A DNA stretch of 64,000 nt, from positions 91,326,001 through 91,390,000 of the forward strand of contig OX597823.1 in the NCBI GenBank assembly GCA_951406725.2, written 5' to 3'. The stretch comes from Octopus vulgaris (taxonomy: Eukaryota). The translations under genes were made by a program, and so were the position numbers. Under the pieces are notes generated by a model. It saw nothing but the letters and a program-made list of their open reading frames with translations. It was not told where the DNA came from and did no database searches. Shown here piece after piece: positions 1 through 12,612 of this stretch; the first letter of the stretch is position 1, and each line of letters begins with the position of its first letter.

Positions 1-29
1 TCAAGTCATATAAATTCATAGGGCTTTGA

Positions 30-396
30 AAACCGTTGATGTTTTCACATATTTGGGTTCTCGAAAAACAAGCAATGCCAAACTCGATAGGGAGGGTCAA
101 ACTTTTATTGGTAAGGCCAGTACAACCTTTGAGAAACTTCATGATCAACGTTGGTATGACCATAATGTCTCAGTAACGAAAAAAATTGACGTGGCTGTGT
201 GGTAAGTAGCTTGCTTACCAACCACATGGTTCTGGGTTCTTTCCCACTTCATGGCACCTTGGGGAAGTGTCTTCTACTACAGCCTTGGGTCGACCACAGC
301 CTTGTGAGTAGATTTGGTGGACGGAAACTGAAAGAAGCCCATCGTATATATATGTATGTGTGTGTGTGTGTGCGTGTGTGTGTGTGAGTGAGTGTA

Positions 397-431
<35 letters not shown>

Positions 432-1110
432 CTGTGTTTATGTTTGTCCCCCTTAACATCACTTGACAACCGATGCTGGTGTGTTTATGTCCCTGTCACT
501 TAGCGGTTCGGCAAGAGGGACCGATAGAATAAGTACTAGCCTGGGGTTGATTTGCTCAACTAAAGGAGGTGCTCCAGTATGGCCACAGTCAAATGACTGA
601 AACAAGTAAAAGAGTAAAAGAAAGAGTAAGGAGCATAGAAGCCAGCTGCCCTAAAAAAAAAACCTCTTTTATATGGAGCAGAGACTTGGACACATTTTTG
701 TAGGCACATTAACTAGTTGATTAATTTTCCTATGAAATGTCTCAGGTAAATATGTAAGGTTGATTGGGATGTCAGACTGAAGAATAGCACAATCCTGAAA
801 ATGTGTGGAATATCTAGTATAGAGGCCTTCTCAATCAAGTCTCAGATGCGATGGAGTGGACACATCTTTGCATAAATAGTGGTTGAATGCTAAAGCAAAT
901 CTCTTGTGACCAGCTTGTAAATTGATGATATAATGTAGACCAGTTACTTCTACAGTATAAAAACAAATTAAATGATAATTTGAAATACCTAAGTATTAAG
1001 GGGAAAAAAACCCCCAGAGAACCTTGGTATGAATTGTGCTGACTAGGGGAGAAGAGAGTGCTTTTTCTAGCTTCAGAATTTTGAAACCTAAAGGGCACAA
1101 GAACAAGAAC
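30..1110 (+). pseudogene. Degenerate RTE-clade LINE reverse transcriptase C-terminal fragment, interrupted by a SINE at 191-630
   Basis: Broken-frame translation gives FTYLGS...IGKASTTFEKL before the SINE, then LLYGAETW...CLR and QMRWSGHI after it. These are typical RTE post-RT motifs, with many stops and frameshifts. Confidence 0.65.
191..630 (+). mobile_element. tRNA-derived SINE, family A (head + CORE-like segment + internal (TG)n + gtaaaaga tail)
   Basis: A-box-like tggctgtgtgg, degenerate B box gggttctttcc, accttggggaagt CORE-like motif and a 3' tail ...aaatgactgaaacaagtaaaagagtaaaag. More than 10 similar copies occur in the window. Confidence 0.85.
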
Positions 1111-1169
1111 TGTTGTAGGAAAACAAAAAAATCAAGCACCAGAACAACTGTCTTCCCACAAATCACCAC

Positions 1170-2307
1170 AGTCCACTATTTACATTATTTACATTTGACG
1201 GATATTTGTCCTTGTCTTGTTTGTTAACACAACTTTTCAGCTGATATACTCTCCAGCCTTCTTCAGGTGTCTTGAGGAAATTTTGAATTATTATTATCAT
1301 TATTATTATTCAGGTCACTGCCTGGAATTGAACTTGGAATCTTGGGGTTAACCACTAATCCATATGCCCGTGGGCAATTATGGAATGAATTTTAGGGCTT
1401 ATAAATCTAATATTTTCCTATCTTTCCTTAATATGGGTTCCCATATACTATTCATATATGCACTCGGTCTGCTTAGGAGGTTGTTGTGTCCTAGCATATG
1501 TGCTGCTTCTTTTAGTTTTCGTATTTTCCAGTGGTGTTCTCTATCTATTATTTTAACTTCGTCCAACAAGAGTGGGGTCTCCATTTTTCCATACATGATC
1601 AGCTATACCCAATTTATCAATATCTTCTCGTGTCACAGCTTTGCGATGTTCCTCTACCCTTATTTTGAGGGGGCGGCATGTTTCGCCTTTGTATAACCTA
1701 CCACAGCTGCATAGGATGGAGTACATGCAGTTCATAGTTGTATTCTCTTCTATTGGTGATTTTTTCCAAAGGAGATATTTACGAAGTGTTGCATTACTCT
1801 TGAATACTGTCTTGATGTCATAACTTTTGTATCTTTTCAGAGAGGCCGTTCACATAGTGTAGACAGAATGTAGACAGTTTATCGGTTTTATCCCCTCTTT
1901 TCTTCATAACTGGAGTGGAGAGTATGCTTTTGGGGCAGTTGTTACTCAATAGATTGTTACTGAGCTCGATCATTTCTTCGTGGTGGGTATCATGATCGCT
2001 ACTTATATTCTTTGCTCGATATTTTAGGCACTGAACAATTCCTCTCTTAACACTGTATGAATGGTGGGAATTGAAGTTAAGGTATCGTCCAGTGAAGGTC
2101 GGCTTGTGGTATACAGACATCCTGAAACCAACCCTATGGCTGTGATATAGTGATGACACCTTTATTCTCTGGCCCCACCAGGAAGATATCCAAGTGCTGT
2201 TAGATCAAGTGAACTCAATAAAGCCATCCATAGAGTTCACAATGGAAAAGGAAAAAGACAATCAGCTAGCATTCCTGGACATATTAATAACACGCACCAA
2301 GTATGGA
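1170..2307 (-). mobile_element. Penelope-like retroelement (PLE) fragment: RT thumb, GIY-YIG endonuclease and 3' UTR, with an inverted 5' piece
   Basis: Minus-strand ORFs give SVYHKPTFTGRYLNFNSHH, CMYSILCSCGRLYKGETCRPLKIRVEEH (GIY-YIG) and RKLKEAAHM...ILDL* (stop at 1399). The plus strand at 2140-2307 gives DDTFILWPH...FTMEKEKDNQLAFLDILITR. Confidence 0.85.
1226..1271 (-). ncRNA. Minimal hammerhead ribozyme-like motif in PLE 3' UTR (decayed)
   Basis: Minus strand reads gacac-CTGAAGA-a-ggctg(gagagtatat)cagct-GAAA-ag-TT-gtgtt. Stem I is gacac/gtgtt and stem II is gctg/cagc. Confidence 0.6.
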
Positions 2308-2309
2308 GC

Positions 2310-2700
2310 ATTTTTCATTTTACGTGCTTCTTTGACATTTATTGCTTTGGCAAGTTCTATTCCGTAGTCTATTAGCATTAATGGATATTGTCTTTTCAGT
2401 AGTACTTGTTTTAGTTCCTAGGGTCTTTTATTATGAGTTTCAGAGTTTGAGACAGTTGTGCAGATTCTTCCTGCTAGATTAAAGGGGATATTATTCTTCG
2501 TGTGTTTGGAATGGCATGAGAAGAACAATAAGTATTGTTTAGAATGGGTTTGTTTGTAGTGAATGTCTATTATAATGTTTGTATCTATTTTGATGATTAG
2601 TATATCCAGGAATGGTAGATGAGTTTTTCTGTATTCCATGGTAAAGTTAATATTGTTTATGCTGTTGATTATAGTTTTGAATTTCTATAAGTTGTTCAAA
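2310..2700 (-). pseudogene. Second PLE family, RT thumb fragment
   Basis: FTMEYRKTHLPFLDILII...IHYKQTHSKQYLLFFSCHSKHTKNNIPFNLAGRICT matches the PLE pattern FLD..YxKpT..YL.F.S.H. Confidence 0.75.
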
Positions 2701-2750
2701 TGTGTACGCCCATAGCATTTGGCTGTCATTTAAGTAACATTTCCAGTTGA

Positions 2751-3127
2751 GGTTGTTAGCTGTGTAGGTTCCTCATGGTAAGTGGCAGAATGAATTTTGT
2801 GTGAATAGTTATTTGTCTATGTACTCTGTTAAACTTTGTTAAATCTTGGTTTGTACTTTTGTATGAAAGTTTTCTCTTTCTTTATCCATGCTTCAACTGT
2901 GATATTCGCTAAACAGAAGTAGAGTGCAAAAAATAATTCACCCAAATTCCAGATCTTCTCATTCTACCCATCTTCAGTGAATACCACAGATGAAGCATGG
3001 ATAAACAACGAAAATGCTTCCATACAAAAGTACAAACTAAGACTTAACAAACTTTAACAAAGTACATACACAAATAGCTATTCACACACAAAATTCATTC
3101 TGCCACTAGTTTCACAACTAACAACCT
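2751..3127. repeat. Imperfect inverted repeat (foldback), arms ~2783-2925 and ~2962-3107
   Basis: agtggcagaatgaattttgtgtgaatag...atccatgcttca is matched by its reverse complement tgaagcatggat...ctattcacacacaaaattcattctgccact. Confidence 0.85.
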
Positions 3128-3737
3128 AAATTTTAGCCATTGGGCTACATACAAATGACTCCTGTCCACTCTCACACCAGACAGATTAAATTTGGTCTGA
3201 CTTGATTTATAAGTAAACATGTTCACTCGACCATGTTGGCCTTCTTTTTCCCTGCAAAATATACTGTCACGTGACACTAATACAGGAACATAGTGGGAAA
3301 TGTACAAAAGGTTATAAACTTAATCAGGTGTTCATTCCCTACAAACACTTGACAGAAAACATTCAGAGCATTAATTGTTTTGACATGTTCAGCCAACCGT
3401 GCCACCATTAACTTATGACAGGGAAATATTGTCACTTGATAGCTGGGCACCTACAAAAATTTCTAAGACCAGTCATGTGATTATCCACTACTAATCAAAT
3501 CATATTCAAGACATATAGTAATTTAAACCATGAATTCCCTATAAAAACAGAACAGACTTCAAACACTAGTCAGAAGCAAGACAGATGCGATATAAGCCAC
3601 ATCTTTCTATTTGAACTTTTTGAAAATGAGTGTAAACTGTGAAACCGGTTAAAGCTTCAAATATTTTGATACAAAATATTTTAACTATTCTCAGTGCATT
3701 TTCAACTTCCATTTTCCCCATATATATATATATATAT

Positions 3738-3809
<72 letters not shown>

Positions 3810-3973
3810 TGTGCACATCCACACATTAATTATTTTTTGTTTTTTATTTGAATTGACTATCAAAGCTGAAATTCTTAGAACCCCCTTGGAGTCGGAGTTC
3901 TGTCCAGCAGACCATAGGAAATCCTTCTTCTTCCCTCTCCCTTCCCCTCTTTCTTTTTAGCCTCAGATACAAA

Positions 3974-4012
<39 letters not shown>

Positions 4013-4264
4013 ACATGTTCTCTCTCTCACCTTCTCCTCATCCACCTCACCCTCTTGTGCTGTCTTGTTCCTCCCCACCACTACGAAACTCTATAAAATG
4101 ATTAAAATTCCCCACAAAGGAATTATTTTGATTTGAAAACTCCACTAGAATGGGAGAAAGCGCTAATGATCTAAGTGATATGATATATATGTAAAATATG
4201 TAATATATAAATAAATATCTGTAAATATAAACCATCCGATCTTCTGATTACCTCATTTCTTCTA

Positions 4265-4306
<42 letters not shown>

Positions 4307-4320
4307 ATGTGTGTGTGTGT

Positions 4321-4617
4321 GGAGGCACATGGCCTAGTGGTTAGAGCAGTGGACTTGCGGTTGAGGAATCATGGGTTCAAATCTCAGACCAGGCGATGTG
4401 TGTGTTTATGAGGGAAACACCTAAGCTCCATGCATCTCCGGCAGAAGGTAATGGCAAAATTCTGCTGACTCTTTTGCCATAAGTTTCTCTCACTCTTTCT
4501 TCCTGCATCTTGCAGCTCACCTGCAACGGACTGGCATCCTGTACAGGTGGGGAACCTATATGCCAAGGAAACTGGGAAACTGTCCCTTATGAGCCAGGCA
4601 TGGCTTGAGAAGAAACA

Positions 4618-4622
<5 letters not shown>
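4321..4622 (+). mobile_element. tRNA-derived SINE (family C)
   Basis: tRNA-like head ggaggcacatggcctagtggttagagc...gggttcaaatc, then a unique body and an aaac tail running into (TA)n. Confidence 0.7.
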
Positions 4623-4681
<59 letters not shown>

Positions 4682-4775
4682 AATTCAAATAAACAAACAT
4701 TCAAATAAAAAAAAAAGATTATGTGTGGGCGTACACAAAAAATGTATTAGCTTGACGCTCGGTGAAAGGAGAGAG

Positions 4776-4809
4776 ATTAACGTTTTGAGCATAGCTCCTC
4801 ATCAGAAAG
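4776..4809 (-). ncRNA. Minimal hammerhead-like motif (decayed)
   Basis: Minus strand reads cttt-CTGATGA-g-gagc-tat-gctc-AAAA-cg-TT-aa. GAAA>AAAA fits CpG decay, and stem III is the palindrome aacgtt. Confidence 0.5.
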
Positions 4810-5139
4810 GTGAACAAGAGAAGTTCAAAGATGGAGAAGAAGAAATCACCAATGGCACATTTATAGTTATACACATACATAAATATGTATGCAACCATAT
4901 AGATGTATGTGTGTGTGTATTGATATTGGATCACCTTAACACACAACCAACTCTTTTATAATTTTATGGACATGAATAGCTATAGAAGATTATACAGGCC
5001 CCACTATTATGACTGGTATTTAATTTTATTGACTTCTGAAAGATGAAAGAAAAAGTCGCTCTGGGTGTGAAGGGATGTAACCAAATAACAATATCTCTCT
5101 GTTCATTGATGACTACACTATACTCAGCCACCTTCCCAC

Positions 5140-6930
<1,791 letters not shown>

Positions 6931-8152
6931 GTGTGTTTGTTGGTATAAAGATGAGTCTTCCATATTATGAAGTATATAGAAAGTCTGTTAATAACTTTGA
7001 CAATATTCTGTCTTATAGGACATTCACTCAAGTTCTGATTAATGATACGTTAGCAAGCAATGCAGTCTAAGCATAATTATATGTCCATGTATATCGACAC
7101 ATGTCTCTGTGTGTGTACACGCATATGTAATATATATATATATGTATATACACATGTATGTGTATATAGATATATGGTAATATATATGGTCTTATATATG
7201 ATGTTGCTTTTATAGGCCTGCTCTTCACGATTATAGGTGCTCAAGTCAGATATTGGCTTCAACACACTCAAGTATACACCTCTGCAAATGCCCACACATA
7301 GACAAATGTATACATTTATGCCAAATACATACATGTATATACATACGTACATATGTGTAAATGTGTGTCTATATTAAAATATGAATATGTATTTATATTT
7401 ATATGTAAGTAAATATATAACCATAACATATATCTAAGTACAGCATCATGATTTAACATCCATGTTCCATGCTGGTGTTGGCTGAATGAATCGACAGGAT
7501 TAGATGAGTCCAAGACCTGCTCCAATGTCTGCTTTGGTATGGCTTCTATGATTGGATACCCTTCCTAATATCAACCACTTTGCAATGTGTACTGGGTGGC
7601 TTTTTTGATGTTACCAGTATTTTTGAGATTGCTGTATGGTTCACAAGACTACAAACCCCGAGGAGAGGGCTTCATGCTAAGAGAAAAAGGGGTTACTGTC
7701 TGAAGAAGGGAGACAAAACAGGTTCTTGTGGAGTAGTTGCATGGCAATTAATATTTACCTCCTTTACAAGAACCTGCTCTGTCAGCCTGTCTTTCATACT
7801 TTAACCCCTTATGTATATAATTAGATAATCATATAAATGCAGGTATGGCTGTGTGGTAAGGAGTTTGCTTTCAAGCCACATGATTCTAGGTTCAGTCTCA
7901 CTGTATGTCACCTTGGGCAAATGTCTTTTAATATAGCCAAAGCCTGTTGTGTGTATGTACATATATATCTATGTATTTGTATCTTTGTGACTGTGCTTTT
8001 CCTTCACCCCCACCGATTAACAACTGGTGTTGGTGTGTTTACATCCCTGTCACTCTGGTTTAGCAAAAGAGACCAAAATAGATACATGCAGACATTGTGG
8101 GTTGAGAAACACATGTATGTTTGTGTACATACATATATACAGAAAGAGACAG

Positions 8153-8219
<67 letters not shown>

Positions 8220-8430
8220 GAGAGAGAGGTGGTGAATGAATTGGGTAAGAGATTGGGATGAAAAAAGAGCAGTGACAGAAGGCTGCTACTGCATTGCTGT
8301 TTGTCTTTATAAAAGTAAACATCCTTCTGAAGGAAACTGAATGGAGAGAACTATTAAGTCATCCATATTACATACATAGAGAGGGAGTGAGTGAGAGAGA
8401 AGTAATGAGTCATATATATATATATATATA

Positions 8431-9720
8431 TCATCATCATCATCATCATCATCGTTGTTTAACGTCCGCTTTCCATGCTGGCATGGGTTGGACGATTTGA
8501 CTGAGGACTGGCGAACCAGATAGCTGCACCAGGCTCCAATCTTGATTTGGCAGAGTTTCTACAGCTGGATGCCTTTCCTAACGCCAACCACTCCGAGAGT
8601 GTAGTGAGTGCTTTTACATGCCACCAGCACGAGGGCCAGTCAGGCAGTACTGGTAATGGCCATGAAAAAGTCGTGTTTTTTTTTACGTGTCACCTGCACA
8701 CTGGCACAAGTGCCAGTAAGGCGATGCTGGTAATGATCACGCTCAAATGGTGCTTTTTACATGCCACCGGCATGAACGCCAGTTAGCTGCTCTGGCAATA
8801 ATCATGCTCGGATGGTGCTCTTAGTGCTCCACTATCATGGATGCCAGTCATCGAATTTGATTTAGATTCCGATTTCACTTGCTTCAACAGGTCTTTGCAA
8901 GCAGTGTCTATTGAAGGGAAGTTACGCATAAGTGGGCTGATTACACCCCTGGCTTAGGCTACAAGGTTATGGTCTCACTTGGCCTGCCGGGTCTTTTCAA
9001 GCACAGCATATTTCCAAAATTCTTGGTCACTGGTCATTGCCTCGGTGAGGCCTAATGTTTGAAGGTCGTGCTTCACCACCTCATCCCAGATCTTCCTGAG
9101 TCTACCTCTTCCACAGTTTCCCTCAACTGCTAGGGTGTGACACTTTTTCACGCAGCTATCCTCATCCATTCTCGCTACATGACCATCCCAGTGCAGTCGT
9201 CTCTCTTCCACACCACATCTGATGCTTCTTAAGTCCAACTTTTCTCTCAAGGTACTTACACTCTGTTGAGTATGCACACTGACATTACACATACAGTGGA
9301 GCATACTGGCTTCATTCCTTGTGAGCTTACACATATCCTCAGCAGTCACGGCCCATGTTTCACAGCCATATAGCATGGCTATTCGTACACATGCGTTATA
9401 CAGTCTACCTTTTACTCTGAGCGAGAGGCCCTTTGTCACCAGCAGAGGTAAGAGCTCTATGAACTTTGCCCAGGCTATTCTTATTCTAGCAGCTACACTT
9501 TCAGTGCACCCTCCCCTGCTACTGACTTGGTTACCTAGGTAATGGAAGCTATCAACTACTTCTAGTTTTTCTGCTTGGAATGTGACAGAAGTTGTTCTCG
9601 GCCCATTTTCAGTGTTTATTGCTCCTGAGCATCTGCTGCATACCAAAACTTCCCAGTTAGCCTTCCTTTGATATTGCTGCATCTCTTATGTGTCCATAGC
9701 TTACACTGGGTACATCTTAC
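8431..9720 (-). mobile_element. 5'-truncated RTE-clade LINE: ORF2 C-terminus (8975-9682), 3' UTR and (GAT)n tail
   Basis: The ORF has LEVVDSFHYLG, ARIRIAWAKF, KGRLYNACVRIAMLYGCETW, RLHWDGHVARM and GRGRLRKIW. The 3' end reads gcatggaaagcggacgttaaac followed by (gat)n. Confidence 0.9.
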
Positions 9721-9732
9721 AGTAGAGGGGTA

Positions 9733-9780
<48 letters not shown>

Positions 9781-10184
9781 GAATAATTACTATGAAGCAT
9801 TGTGTAAAATATATTGTATAAAGGATCATGGGTAAGTCCAAAACAGTGTTAAGTAAAAGCAAGGCAAATCACAAGAAAACAAATATATGAATTAATATAG
9901 AAGAGTGTTTATTATTATGAATAAATCATGATTATAACAGAGAGGGTTGCAAAAACCTTTGCATGTTTATAAATAGCAGTCAAAAACCACTATCAAGCCA
10001 CAATTTTTACTCATATTATATCTCCACGCAATAAAACTATTTGCGAGTAACATGAGACATAAAATCCACAATTTAAAGATAAAAGGCTAATTCTTTATTG
10101 CAATTTCGAGGTTAGTAACCTATTATATCATATATTCCGTATCGTAAAATAACGGAATGATCATGTGTTGTGAATGAATGAGGA

Positions 10185-10837
10185 CAGCTGTGAGAAAAAG
10201 TTTCACACCCTAGCAGTTGAGGGAACCTGTGGAAGAGGAAAACCTGGGATGAGGTAGTGAAGCATGACCTTCAAACATTGAGCCTTACTGAGGCAATGAC
10301 TAGTGACTGAGATCTTTGGATATGCTGTGCTTGAGAAGACCTGATAAGCCAAGTGAGGCCATAGCCTGTGACCTATGCCAGTGGGTGTAACCAGCCCACT
10401 TATGAATACCCCTCATTCATTGGACAATAAACTTCACTTGCGAAGACCTTTTGAGGCAAGTGAAATCAAATCAATATCTCTGACGTGGCTGATGACAGTA
10501 CCACCTAATTGGCACTCATGCAGTGGAACATTAAAAGCACATCTGAGTGTAATTGTTGCCAGGGCCATGGATTGGCTTCCATGCTAGTGGCAGATAAAAA
10601 GCACTATTCGAGCATGACTGTTGCCAGAACTGCCTGACTGGACCTCATGTCAATGGCACGTAAAAGCACCCACTACACTCTTGGAGTGGTTGGCATTAGG
10701 AAGGGCTTCCAGCTGTAGAAACTCTGCCAGATCAGATAGAGCCTGGTGCAGCCTCCTGGCTCACCAGTCCTTAGTCAAACAATCCAACCCATGCCAGCAT
10801 GGAAAGTGGACATTAAACGATGATGATGATGATGATG
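10185..10837 (+). mobile_element. RTE LINE 3' fragment, same family as 8431-9720
   Basis: ctagcagttgagggaacctgtggaagagg and gaagcatgaccttcaaacattg match the reverse complement of 9050-9135. It ends ggacattaaac(gat)n. Confidence 0.85.
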
Positions 10838-11269
10838 AACAATTCCATTTGTCTCCTCAGGAATAAATGTATATAATTATAATACAAGGTACACAAAGCA
10901 CCAGCTTGCTAGAAAGGAGAGTCAAAATCCTCAACTCATCCATCAATCGCAATGAAAATATGTAAAGGACCAACAGAAATCGGGCAAAGGAGCAAAATTT
11001 GAGGTAACAGATACACCTGGATCATGATTTCAAATACTGGCCAGTACCTTAGTTCTCATTAGCAGTTCTTGCCATACCTAACATAAAAAAATCCAGCTTG
11101 CTTCACTGGAATCTGCTATGTTTTGAAAAGCCCCATGCTAAATTTAAAACAATTTCAGTACATAATATATATCTCATTGTATGTATTTATTGTATAGCTA
11201 TTTAATGCCATTTATTGCTTGGAACCACTAGTATTATTACAGATATTATTATCACTTATTTAGCTTTAT

Positions 11270-11301
11270 TGCTGATAATAATGATAATAATAATGATGAT
11301 A

Positions 11302-11350
<49 letters not shown>

Positions 11351-11364
11351 TAATAATAATAATG

Positions 11365-11416
<52 letters not shown>

Positions 11417-11448
11417 TAATAATAATAATGATAATAATGATAATAATT
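11270..11448. repeat. (ATA/ATG)n trinucleotide microsatellite directly upstream of the Helitron
   Basis: Direct inspection. Confidence 0.95.
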
Positions 11449-12490
11449 ACTCATTTATATCTCTCTATATATAAACGGCAGTTTGTCTGTGCGTGCTTCT
11501 GTGTGTCTGTTTTCTCGTACCCTCACCCTGACCACGGCTTTCAACCGATTCTGATGAAACTTGACACACACATAGCCCAATGTCATAATTCAAAACTAAC
11601 GCAGCGAAAATTTTGAAAAGTTCCCCCAGTTCTGAAAAAAATTGATAAATTCGACATGGGGTCGAGAATCATAAACATGAACCACAGACTGTCTAGGGGA
11701 CGCAACTCGAGAATCTAAGCTTTTTTTATGCAACGCATTATCTATGGTAGTTTTCACGACTTGCAATCGATTTTCACCAAACTCATGGTGAAGCTTAATG
11801 TTACCCTAAGAAACTCAATTCTGACTTTAGTTTTCCATGCAATACCTTACCATCAGAAACAATCGATAAAATCATGCCATTTTGGGAAATCGCGTTCAAA
11901 TTCAAGATGACATATTTTCGACAATATCTTTCACAAATTGGCAGGAATCTTTTTTTTTTAAACAACGAGCATCATGTCTGCTCCAAGGAGCTATATAGCC
12001 CTTTTTATTCCAATAGGATACATTATTGGAAAAAATCGGTTAATTTAATCATATGTGGCACACATAGCAAACAAATTTGTGTATTAAACACAAACCAGAC
12101 TGTCTAGGGGACGCAACTTGACCTTTTTAGCTATCGATAATTCGATCCAACCAATTCCTACCAGGAAGAAATTACATTCGAGACTTTACCCCTAACACCG
12201 CCACTTCTGCTAATAGCTGCTGCAGCCGCAAGTTATTCGAATACTTTTTTTGTTTAAACTTTCTTTATAACTACCACCCCAAACGTTTTACCTTCAATTT
12301 TTGACGTACCCTAACGGTCCTCGGACGCTACTTGCAAACTCTTGGTTTATTATAAACCACTTTTGTCGTGTGCATCAAAAAACTTTTCCTTTCGTTTGTT
12401 CAGTTTGATCACTTTTGACTTTTTCGTTGTTGTCACTCACATTGCTGCCAGCTTTTTGGCCGTTTTTGTACATTTTTATACATTTTCGGA

Positions 12491-12612
12491 TACTTACCCC
12501 ACGAGCTCCTTTTTATTACACCTTTACCAAACACATTGCTATCCACCAAAATACTTACCCCACGTGTTCCTTTTTATTACACCTTTGCCAAACACATTGC
12601 TATCCACCAAAA
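12491..12612 (+). repeat. Two tandem 61-bp copies ending at the RepHel start codon
   Basis: tacttaccccacg(a/t)g(c/t)tcctttttattacaccttt(a/g)ccaaacacattgctatccaccaaaa occurs at 12491-12551 and 12552-12612. Confidence 0.9.

Noticed and set aside
4321-4395. Possible tRNA genes (also 21158-21230 and 39630-39700)
   Set aside because: The acceptor stems are incomplete and each continues into a repeat body, so they are treated as SINE or PLE heads.
12342-12611. Hydrophobic N-terminal extension of the first Helitron ORF
   Set aside because: It starts at TTG and runs through T-rich leader sequence and the 61-bp duplication. The ATG at 12612 followed by MPPKKRR is the plausible start.
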